This document shows positions 27,460 through 36,541 of a stretch of 64,000 nucleotides of DNA, in pieces (position 1 is the first letter of the stretch; each line of letters begins with the position of its first letter). Where the stretch lies: the NCBI GenBank assembly GCA_044892505.1, contig CM097883.1:334614001-334678000 (forward strand), read 5' to 3'. The stretch is from Schmidtea nova. Taxonomy: Eukaryota. The position numbers were made by a program, and so were the translations under genes. Under the pieces are notes generated by a model. That model made no database searches, had not been told where the DNA came from, and worked only from the letters and a program-made list of their open reading frames with translations.

Positions 27460-28305
27460 GTCAATTAATGAGAACTCTGCTCCCTACGAGATTTATTTTT
27501 ACGGACGAGAACTATGCTCACTATGATGTTGCGTTTTATGACGAGACCTATGCTCACTAGGATGTTATTTTTATGACGAGACCTATGCTCACTATGAGAC
27601 CTATGCTCACGAACGAAAACTCGAAATATCATCTCTCAGTGGTTGCATGTGTTGCTTCGAGATGTTCCTCTCATTGGTCACTTATGCTTCTTCGGAGAAT
27701 CTATTGTCGTGTTTCGTTAAGTCCTATCTTTCAAGAACTATGGGCAAATCCTTTCTCTTTAGGACCCCTTTTATCATTTCCTTTCTTTCAAGGAATTCAT
27801 TTAACCTCGAGTTTTCCCTTTACTCGGCTCATCTACTACACCCCTTTATTCTGGTATCTATTTATCGACTTCTCTACTTGATTTTACTTTATGCGAGCTG
27901 ATTACGTGCCTTTCATCATCTACCACATTTCTCTACTCATCTTACTCATTTCATTGCTTTCGGTCTTTACTGATCAGTTTATCCTCCTATTTTTATAGTT
28001 TTTCTGCGCGCGCCTAAACCTCGTTGAGTTGTCCCTACCTTTCACCCCAACCAAAATATATAAAAAGATCGCATTGGTCCACTGATGCACGATGTGGTGA
28101 TCAGTCACATCACAAGAGTTTTCCAATATCCGCGATTGGATCCCTTTCTACACATCTCGGGTGAGTTGATCAGTTGGTTCCCCCCAATGGGTGCTTATCG
28201 GACTACTCGTGAGTAGCTCATAATTACTTAGGTCATTTTTACCAAATCATTGTTAAACCCTCATAATTTCAACAACAACTGCACTTGTTCAAAACTTTAT
28301 TTCTA

Positions 28306-28764
28306 TTACAAGTACACTGTTATTTTCTCGGATACGGGAAGGTTGCACATAGGACATCGTTCATTTATTTTACATTCATTACAGAATCGAAAATGCCCAC
28401 ACGGCAACAACATTATCTGTATCTTATTCATTTCACAGATATAACACGTCAGATATTGTCTCGTATGTTCGGTTGTTAGTCTTATCCATTCATCGTGTTT
28501 TGTTGTTAACTGTTGCTCTAGCCTGTGGCATTCGATATTCATTTCAGGGTTGTTTAATCTTTCTCTGTACCATTGATATCGTGTTGCGGTATCCACTGGG
28601 TTCTTATTCTCGCTTATGCTCATTATCATTTCGGCTCTTTCTGTGTTGTTTGTCGGCTCGTGATATCCTCCTACCTCGAGTCGTTTTAGCTTTCTCATTA
28701 TTATCTCCGTTGTCTCGTTGTTTGTTTCGAAAAACGTTTGCATTTCTTTTATTTTGTTCTCCAT
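28306..28764 (-). CDS. 152-aa protein with C-terminal IAP-type C3HC4 RING (copy in duplicated leader)
   Basis: CYIC..IMLLPCGHFRFCNEC..RCPMC..ITVYL; identical translation to 54429-54887. Confidence 0.88.
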   Translation of the reverse strand: MENKIKEMQTFFETNNETTEIIMRKLKRLEVGGYHEPTNNTERAEMIMSISENKNPVDTATRYQWYRERLNNPEMNIECHRLEQQLTTKHDEWIRLTTEHTRQYLTCYICEMNKIQIMLLPCGHFRFCNECKINERCPMCNLPVSEKITVYL

Positions 28765-29288
28765 CCCATGAATGAATTCTCATTAATTTTGTTATCGATT
28801 TTTATTTATTTATTTATCATTCCTATTCTATGGTAGCCCTACTGTTCGGTTTTTGCTGTTCTATTTCGCGCCACTGCGTATCCCCCCGTGTTCTTGAATG
28901 TCGCCCCGACATGATCATTGTTAGTTGCTCACACTCATACCATTTTCATGCACACTTTTCAGCATACTTTTACCTTACGTCATGCATACTTTTCCTCACT
29001 CTCATGCTGTTACTCCACATACTATTCATCATACTTCATTTATCCACATATTTTCACATTCACACTTTCATTCTCATGCATACTTTTATCATGCTCATCA
29101 TTTACTTATTTCACACTCATACTTTTATTTATTATTTTCCAACCCGATTCATTCTTGCTTCAGGACCCTCAAACCCTCTGTTATTCTTTACTTTACTTTT
29201 CCTCGCTAAATTCAATTCATCCCGGTTCATGCGCTCTAAGACTATCCGCCGATATCGAATTCACTTTTTCCCACAAAGATCGATTTAA

Positions 29289-29306
29289 TTCCCGGCTGAG
29301 CCCCCA
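29289..29306 (-). promoter_or_regulatory. Second primer-binding site (tRNA-Pro type) behind the 3' LTR
   Basis: Minus strand TGGGGGCTCAGCCGGGAA, 6 nt after the LTR CA end. Confidence 0.8.
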
Positions 29307-29698
29307 AATTTATGCTGGTGTGTTGGTTTGATGTACAACTGAGATCATTAAGATTTTATACGTTAGGGTGATCTCGCCAACATAAAAACATTCCCCCGCT
29401 GACACCCATGATGTATCCCTAACTACTCATCATGTTGGTGCTGTGTCAACGTTGTGAAATGACAAGGCAGGTGAGCAACCTTTCGGCTACTATTCCCTTG
29501 TTTATTCACGGGTCCACCACTACCGATAGAAGGTGTCTGTGGATTTCTTTCGGTCCCACTTATGCTCTTTTCCATTGTTCTAGGGTGATCTACTCTTAGC
29601 GCATCTGCAGTTTAAATGAATCCGGGTTTTAGTTACATTCGATTCTCAGACATTCCACAATCAAACAAGACAAGTCAAATCATTCGTTTACAATACAT

Positions 29699-30298
29699 TT
29701 ATTTACAATTTAATAACACCGAGGGTCTAATCACATTTAGGAGTTCTTGTTCAGATAGACCACTGAGTAAGTCTACTTCTATTCCTAGGCGATCGGCATA
29801 TGCACGTCGCTCTCTCCGCTTTTTCGCTCCTAAGCGATTCCTTCTCTTTGTTCGTTTTGAGCCTGCTGGAATTGTAGCTGTCACTGCAGTAGCTGTAGCT
29901 ATGGTCGATGCATTCTCCGTTTGGGTGCTCGTAGTCACCGCTATCGTGTCTACCCATCGATTAAAGGTGCTTGCTCTGATCCCGGGGCGCAATTGCTCGG
30001 TGATGAAATCTTGGGTCGACACCTTTAAGTAATTGGCCAGCTCTAATTTCAAGGCTGCAACCTCTCTGGCATATTCATCAGCTACTCGTTCCGCCCTGTA
30101 TCTAGCTTGCAGGATGGACTTAACTCTCTCTGGGTTAAACCATGTCGTCTTGATCCTCTGGTGCTCATCATTCAGCTGTCTTAACCGACTCTCCAGAACT
30201 CGTGAACGCGCCTTATGTTCTCGCGCCTCTTGCTTGAAATCTCTGTCCTTGGTTTCAGTCATGTCTGTAAATATATCATTAATTGTGGTATATGTCAT
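29699..30298 (-). CDS. LTR-encoded 199-aa coiled-coil protein with basic tail
   Basis: Intact sense ORF, identical in both LTRs; similar to ORF 2061-2585. Confidence 0.7.
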   Translation of the reverse strand: MTYTTINDIFTDMTETKDRDFKQEAREHKARSRVLESRLRQLNDEHQRIKTTWFNPERVKSILQARYRAERVADEYAREVAALKLELANYLKVSTQDFITEQLRPGIRASTFNRWVDTIAVTTSTQTENASTIATATAVTATIPAGSKRTKRRNRLGAKKRRERRAYADRLGIEVDLLSGLSEQELLNVIRPSVLLNCK

Positions 30299-30450
30299 TT
30301 GTCTGATCTCTCGGTCATCCTGTCGCCATTAAACAACTCCACCTTATCATCATGCTATTCTTATACACTCGAAAACAAAACAAGACCGTTCTCACACAAA
30401 TACATATATTTTTATATCTACGACAATCATTCTAGTTCGGGTTGTGTTGA

Positions 30451-31086
30451 TCAACTGAATGCTCTCAATTCCTGATCCGCAGTATGTTCATCGCGACGAA
30501 TTCCATTCTCCCAATACATTTCCGGGGCTGGGTTCCAACTCAGTTTATCTTTGTAGATAAACACCTCCCAGAGGCGAAGCTCCTCGAGCTCGGGGTGTTG
30601 TTCTAATGACACGCTTCCTGGCGCGTTGGAGTAGGCGAAGACTTCCTCAGTGTAGCGACACCGAGGCCTGTCTAACAGCGTGTATCCTAATCGATGAAGA
30701 GCCCTTCCCGTCATCATTTCATTACTCAATAACCAACGGGGTCGTTGCTGTCCATCGAGGAATTGATAGAACCATCGGTCGGTTCTTGGTTCGGCAGGGT
30801 CCAAGGTGGACATCCAATCGGGGTCTCCTTCCCATCGTAATTGTATCGTGAAGGCGCAAGCCGGAATATCGGCGGCTGCACTCATATGATGTCTTATCCA
30901 CCGGCGTAGGTGTCGACGTGCAATTTCGCTAATTCGGCGGGGAGCTTCTGTTTCTCCCTCGATGGTAGGGTTCCTCTTTGGCCGGATGATGGAACGGGTA
31001 CGTCGTTTTCTCTGGATGACATAATCCTCCACGTTCATATGTCGAGAGTCGATCAGATCCGTTTGGTATCCTTCTGTCTTTATCAT
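30451..31086 (-). CDS. LTR-encoded protein of unknown function (about 211 aa from the likely ATG at 31086; ORF track calls it from 31236)
   Basis: Intact sense ORF in both LTRs; ATG preceded by CTAAC...TTATCTTCAG|CCACATG. Confidence 0.7.
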   Translation of the reverse strand: MIKTEGYQTDLIDSRHMNVEDYVIQRKRRTRSIIRPKRNPTIEGETEAPRRISEIARRHLRRWIRHHMSAAADIPACAFTIQLRWEGDPDWMSTLDPAEPRTDRWFYQFLDGQQRPRWLLSNEMMTGRALHRLGYTLLDRPRCRYTEEVFAYSNAPGSVSLEQHPELEELRLWEVFIYKDKLSWNPAPEMYWENGIRRDEHTADQELRAFS

Positions 31087-32715
31087 GTGGCTGAAGATAA
31101 GAATTTTGTTAGTGTGATAGATTTGTCGGGTGAGCACAATTATTTGTACCCGTCGACCTACTCGACTTAAGGGTGAAACTCTGTAGGCTTCAGTCGGTGG
31201 TTCAGTGTTAAACCGGCCCGATGTTCGAGATACCATGTAGGTCGTATTTTATTATCATTGGTGGTGAATGCATTTATTCTATTGAGTATACTAGTTGGCC
31301 ACGCATAATTCATCGTGCCGTTTATGATAATTTATTTTTCATCTACGATGATCACTTGACCATTTATTATGTTTGAATGTTATTATCTGCGAGACATTTT
31401 TCGTTTCTATTCACAACAATCATGCTCAATCACTCCTCAGGTTTTATCTCCAAACATCATCCTCAACTACCAATGATCATCTTATCCGGGGAACACGCTC
31501 AATCCCTTACTCATACTAATTTGAGACTGGTCATACTATCGTCTCTTATTATGGGTGTTTACCTCTCATACCTTTCGAGGATTGCAAACGGGTGTTGAAA
31601 AAACATTGTGATTTATTATTAACCTCCGACACTGGTACTATTCGTCTCTTAACTTGTGTTACTTATGGCTCGCATGACCCTACTCTCGTCGTCATCAATG
31701 TCCCTGGTTACATATACCTACCGCTCGTTACGGTATTGCTACGACGTATATCGTTCGGGCTCAATTATCTTTACCTTTCTAGATATCCTATGTGCATTTA
31801 ACCCCTTTCCGTTTACTAAGTATTTAGTAAACCTATGGTCCCGCCGCATCAGCACCTCACATGGAAATGTGTTGTGCTGAGAGGCCCAAGAATCCGTCAG
31901 GCTGTTAGGCCTCCGGAAAACCTTATTGATTTTAATATGATTATAAAATTATGAGGGTTTAAACACATCAATAACATAACTCCAAATTACCTTTTATTTC
32001 CAATTCGGTTTTACAATGTCTTCCGTAAAAGTGACTGTTGTACTGATTTACCTTCAGTAAAAATGGCATTGTCAAATACTGATTTGACTTCAGTATTTAT
32101 ACTCAACCGGTGTTGTTGGTTAGCCAATCAGCATCGAGTATGTGTGTATGTTTGCTTCATTTTTTCATGTTGTCGGCTTTTTGCTGCCTAACTTAACTCA
32201 CCGATTTATTTGGTTAATCATGCGGTAAGTTTATTTTTTGTATGATTTAATTTTTATTTGATTTTGCTTTAGCTCTTCGGTGACATCCGCCCACGCGCTG
32301 TCATATTCAGATTTTATCTGCTTCGCATGAGTGAGTTCTTGAGTTTTATTTTGTTTTGGTTAATACTTTATTTCTTTTAGATGTTGCCGCTCATTTTGTT
32401 ACGCTTTGGTGTTGGTAATTTATTTTGTTGTTATTCTGTTGTAAATTTATTTTATTGATTGTATATTATTTTCAGATGCTGCTCGATTTGGCTGGCCCAA
32501 CATCACTCGGGGTCCCCTAAAATTGCGTCCCGCAATTACATGCATATACCTACATCAACATACATAAAAAGTTCGTGACAGAACTTACATGCAAAACCGC
32601 ATAAGGTGGTAGCTTTCATACGCATTTATACAAAGTCACACATTGTCATTGTCATGTTGATATTGTTTTTAGTTTATACACAGTTCAATGTTTCTGGCTC
32701 ATAGGGGTTCGATTC

Positions 32716-33240
32716 TCAGGTCCTTTCACTGGTTGACTGCATTTCGTATCGGGCTTGGATTTGTCGTAGATGGCTTCTCATTCTTTGTTGGGTTTTTGCT
32801 TCTCTTTTGGCGCATCTACACATTATCATTTGTTGTTGTTTGAGGCTTCTGATTCGGTACAGGGTATAGGTAATCACGATGATCAGGATGATTGTCAATA
32901 TTGTCATTGTGACTATTCCGACGATGATCCATCTGTTTCGGATTTCGGATTCGATTTGGGTTTGACCTTTGATTGGCTTTAGATGATCTTGAAATGTTCT
33001 ATGGACTTCTCGGATCTTCTCGATTTGATTGAATAGGGTTTGTAAGGGCTTGCGATGATCATGACTGATCCGCATTTGTCGGATTAATTGTTTCAAGTCT
33101 TCTCTGACTTCATTTAATTGTTTTTCAATCTCTTGGGATATCTCGTTCGACAGGGCTCTTTGTATTTCGGTTGTTGAACAGTTCATTATTGTTGTAGTTA
33201 ACATAATCGTTAGGATTGGTAGGGTTTTGAGCCAGTTCAT
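32716..33240 (-). CDS. 174-aa predicted type I membrane protein (signal peptide, helical ectodomain, TM, basic tail)
   Basis: MNWLKTLPILTIMLTTTIM N-terminus; WIIVGIVTMTILTIILIIVITYTLY hydrophobic segment; basic C-terminus with CRC. Confidence 0.8.
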   Translation of the reverse strand: MNWLKTLPILTIMLTTTIMNCSTTEIQRALSNEISQEIEKQLNEVREDLKQLIRQMRISHDHRKPLQTLFNQIEKIREVHRTFQDHLKPIKGQTQIESEIRNRWIIVGIVTMTILTIILIIVITYTLYRIRSLKQQQMIMCRCAKREAKTQQRMRSHLRQIQARYEMQSTSERT

Positions 33241-33314
33241 TTCTGATTATTCTACTGATTAATACCTGTTACATCGATTTGTACATTTCTTACACACGGA
33301 TTTTTCGCCTCTTT

Positions 33315-34475
33315 TTACACGCCCGTTTCCTCTGGTTCATGGAACCCTTCATCTTGGAGCTCCATTGGTGGTGGTGGTATAAACGGTAACCACACCACTC
33401 TACTTCTCCACATTGCGATTTCATCTTGATACGTTCGAGAGATTTGTATCTCTTCATCTAGCAGATACTCCATATAGTCTGATTGTTCGCTCAGAGTTTC
33501 AATTTGTCTTTCCATCTCCTCCACTTTTCTCTTCAGGGCTTCTACTTCTGTAGGTTCGGTTTCTACTTCTATGGTTTCCTTCTCTGCTTTCAGGGTTATT
33601 ATCTGCTGTTTCAGCTCCTCATTTTCTTTCGTCAAATTCGTTATGTTTTCCTCATAAGCTCGGTTTGATTCCGCATGTCTTTCTTTCACTGCTTTCAACT
33701 CCATTTTCTTTTTGGTCACTACTCCTTGGTAGCCATTTACGTCTCTTTCCAGACTTTCTTTTTCCCTGATCAACTTTTGTCTTTCCGCTTCCTCTTTCTG
33801 TCTAATACCTCGCATTTCTCCATTTATCATCTGTATTTGCCATTGCGTTTTCTTTAGTTCCTTTGCCTGTTCTCGAATAAATCGCTGTCGTTTTCGACTC
33901 CATTCTTTGTTTGCTTGTTCTTGTCGCTTTCTCTGTTCCAATTCCTCTTTCAATTCGTCTATCTCTTGATACAATTTCCAATCTTCGCTGTGTGCTGTCC
34001 TTCTGATTATCTCTTTGGCTTCTTTATACACTCGTTTCGACTCCATCTTCCAATGTCTCGCTTGAGCCTTGATTGCTAGTATTTTTACCTCCATCTTTTC
34101 CTCTTGTTTCTCCCTCTCTTCTCTTCGCGTTTTCATCATATTTTTATAATGTTCTGCTTGTTTCCTCATCAACTGATAGACCTCTTCTATCTTCTGTCGA
34201 CTTCGTACATTCGTTCCTTTTAGCTTCTCTATTTGTGTTGTCAGTTGTATCATCTCTTTATTCACTTCCTCGAGTTCTAGTTGATATAGCTCCATTCGTC
34301 TTTCGCATTTCAGTTTCTCGTAGAAATTGTTTGTCATCACTTCGTGTAATTCTCTGGTTCTTTGTTCTACTTCCACTTTATATCTCTTTTCGATTTCTCT
34401 TTCTATTGCTTCTCGTTCGTTCGCCATCTCGTTTCTCGTTTCATCTTCGATTACATGTTCATTTGCGTTTTCCAT
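33315..34475 (-). CDS. 386-aa long coiled-coil protein
   Basis: Intact ORF, E/K/R/Q-rich heptad character, no recognisable catalytic motif. Confidence 0.8.
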   Translation of the reverse strand: MENANEHVIEDETRNEMANEREAIEREIEKRYKVEVEQRTRELHEVMTNNFYEKLKCERRMELYQLELEEVNKEMIQLTTQIEKLKGTNVRSRQKIEEVYQLMRKQAEHYKNMMKTRREEREKQEEKMEVKILAIKAQARHWKMESKRVYKEAKEIIRRTAHSEDWKLYQEIDELKEELEQRKRQEQANKEWSRKRQRFIREQAKELKKTQWQIQMINGEMRGIRQKEEAERQKLIREKESLERDVNGYQGVVTKKKMELKAVKERHAESNRAYEENITNLTKENEELKQQIITLKAEKETIEVETEPTEVEALKRKVEEMERQIETLSEQSDYMEYLLDEEIQISRTYQDEIAMWRSRVVWLPFIPPPPMELQDEGFHEPEETGV

Positions 34476-34564
34476 TCTGTAATTTACAAATTTACACTTG
34501 TTATACTATATGTTTATTGTTGTTGTCGATTTTTATACTTTATTTACAGGGTCGTTCACTCTGA

Positions 34565-35977
34565 CTACTCTAACAATCCTTTCGTTGACTTCGTGTTCAT
34601 CACTGTTGTACTTGTTTTCTTTTCGATCTCCAACTCTACATATAAGTTGTCGTCGTACAACATTTCCCACATTGTTTGGTGTGGTATGAATTTTGGTTCT
34701 CCCGTCGCTAATGAACATTCTGTGGTTGGTCTTTTGTAAGCTTCGTGCTTACCATCAATTTTGAATACTCTCGCTATTGTTTCTTTCGAGTTTTTCACTC
34801 TCATTATAGCCTTTGTTTCTAGTGGCCATTCTAATATGTCGTCGTAACCACCTTTACACAACGCAAAGAATAATGACACATGCGTTTCCTTTCCTGATCC
34901 ATCTCCATTTGGATAAATTCTCATCCGGACTTTGTATCCGTTTTTCCACAGATAGAATGGTGGACTTGTTACCGACACTTGACTTCCTGCTTTTGCTGCT
35001 GTGAACTTTTCGTTGAAGTTCTTGATTTTCCATATATATGGTGCAACAGGTAAACTCTCGATATCCTCCGCATCTCGTATCCACATTTGATGTCGCACGT
35101 TTACTTCTTTTACCAATGTCTCTATGACTTTGATTTTCTCCATCATTTTCTCTCTGGTGAGCTCGAATTGCTCTCTCGTTTCCAGTAATAACTCCGTCAT
35201 TATCCTCTGAGATTCAATTTCTTTTCCCAGTTTCTGTATGGTTTGCTCCATTCCGTTCAAATTTTCTGTTAACATCTCGGCGTGTTGTACCGTTTCCGTT
35301 TCCAAATGCTCTTTCATCTCTTTGCTCGTTTTCTTTACTGCACATCCTTGTTTACTCCATACGCACTTTCTTGGTCTTGATTCGCATTGTTCCCAATGTT
35401 CTCTCAACATCACTTTTTCTCCGGTTCCACAATTACTTGGACAAATTCCTCTGAATTTTCCGCACACTTTCTCTTCTGCTACGTTGAGATGTTCTGTTTC
35501 GATTACTTCTCTCGTCTCTCTTTGTTCGCAGTATTGACACTCTATTATCTCTGCTTTGCACTCCTCCTTGTGATTTTTCGACTGCTTGATGGTTATCATC
35601 TGTTGACACTTTTCACATATCACTTTCTTGTTTTCGCATTTTCCCAGATGTTGTCTTAGCTCGATTATTTGTCCTTTCCACTCGCATGGTTGGTTTATAC
35701 ACTCTGTTTTTATCTTCCAGATCTCCTTTTGTATTGCTTTGTCTGGTTTAGTCTCGTTGATTAGTAGTTTATCGTCACACTCTGGACACTTTCTTGTCTC
35801 ACTTTCACTGATTATTTGTAATATACACTTGGTGCACATCCTGCATCCACATTCCGTTTGCCTCGGTTTTAACAGTAGATTTTTACACTTTACACACGTC
35901 ACATTTACTCCCCATTGTCGATTTTCTCTTCTTAGAATCTCGATCGTTTGGTAATCCGCTTCGCTTTCTGCTCTCAT
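34565..35977 (-). CDS. Full-length intronless TRAF-family protein (RING, TRAF zinc fingers, coiled coil, MATH/TRAF-C)
   Basis: CVKC..LLKPRQTECGCRMCTKC..CPEC; CEWKG..HLGKC; YIWKIKNF..SPPFY..GYKVRMRIYPNGDGSGKETHVSLFF..YDDILEWP. Confidence 0.96.
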   Translation of the reverse strand: MRAESEADYQTIEILRRENRQWGVNVTCVKCKNLLLKPRQTECGCRMCTKCILQIISESETRKCPECDDKLLINETKPDKAIQKEIWKIKTECINQPCEWKGQIIELRQHLGKCENKKVICEKCQQMITIKQSKNHKEECKAEIIECQYCEQRETREVIETEHLNVAEEKVCGKFRGICPSNCGTGEKVMLREHWEQCESRPRKCVWSKQGCAVKKTSKEMKEHLETETVQHAEMLTENLNGMEQTIQKLGKEIESQRIMTELLLETREQFELTREKMMEKIKVIETLVKEVNVRHQMWIRDAEDIESLPVAPYIWKIKNFNEKFTAAKAGSQVSVTSPPFYLWKNGYKVRMRIYPNGDGSGKETHVSLFFALCKGGYDDILEWPLETKAIMRVKNSKETIARVFKIDGKHEAYKRPTTECSLATGEPKFIPHQTMWEMLYDDNLYVELEIEKKTSTTVMNTKSTKGLLE

Positions 35978-36067
35978 TCTACAACAATATTTACATCAAT
36001 TTCCCCATATTTTTGATTTTTTCTGGTTCTTTATTTACACGTATTTACACAGTTTTCCGCTTATTCA

Positions 36068-36418
36068 CTATACATCCTCAGTTGAATCTGGCTCTGGATA
36101 CACGTCTATCTCATTTACAATCCAGCTCGTCCAACTATCCGGTATCTCTTCCTCTTCATGTCTCGTTAATCGGTCAATTTCCTCTGCTTGCCAGTTGTTT
36201 ACTTCATTTAATGTTCGATTCTCGTTCTGTAATTCGTTTATCTGTAGTTGTTGGATCTCGATTTTGTTCATTGCTTCGAAGTTACAGTTATAACTCTCGG
36301 TTAATAATTGCGTTTTGGCCGTCAACTGGCTCTGTAATTCATTTACTGTTCTGGCTAGCAGGTCACATTGTACTTTCCATCTTGTCATCATCGACATCTC
36401 TGTATTTTCTTGATTCAT
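36068..36418 (-). CDS. 116-aa short coiled-coil protein
   Basis: ATG-to-stop ORF co-oriented between pol and TRAF with short spacers. Confidence 0.65.
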   Translation of the reverse strand: MNQENTEMSMMTRWKVQCDLLARTVNELQSQLTAKTQLLTESYNCNFEAMNKIEIQQLQINELQNENRTLNEVNNWQAEEIDRLTRHEEEEIPDSWTSWIVNEIDVYPEPDSTEDV

Positions 36419-36541
36419 CGTTTTCCTAGATTATATACATCATTCTCTTTTTTCTGGTTTTATGTTTAATAATATTTATACCCATACGTATACGGTTATG
36501 CATTGGTTTTTACACTATTATTTACACTCATATTCCACCCT

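Larger units (their letters stand above)
27464..29312 (-). repeat. Duplicated PBS plus 5' leader (1849 bp) placed downstream of the 3' LTR
   Basis: Matches 53587-55435 at constant offset 26123; two substitutions seen. Confidence 0.92.
29313..32502 (-). repeat. 3' LTR (3190 bp)
   Basis: Minus strand TGTTGG...CCAGCA; matches 55436-58625 with four substitutions seen. Confidence 0.93.

Noticed and set aside
28306-29290. Full IAP gene with BIR domains
   Set aside because: No CxxC..H..C BIR pattern upstream of the RING or in any ORF examined
28830-29331. Three overlapping plus-strand His/Phe/Thr-rich ORFs (also 54953-55454)
   Set aside because: Low-complexity leader sequence that lacks stops on this strand by composition
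27464-32502. 5039-bp direct repeat as the LTR
   Set aside because: It lacks a TG start and contains an internal TG..CA boundary with a PBS; the true LTR is 3190 bp
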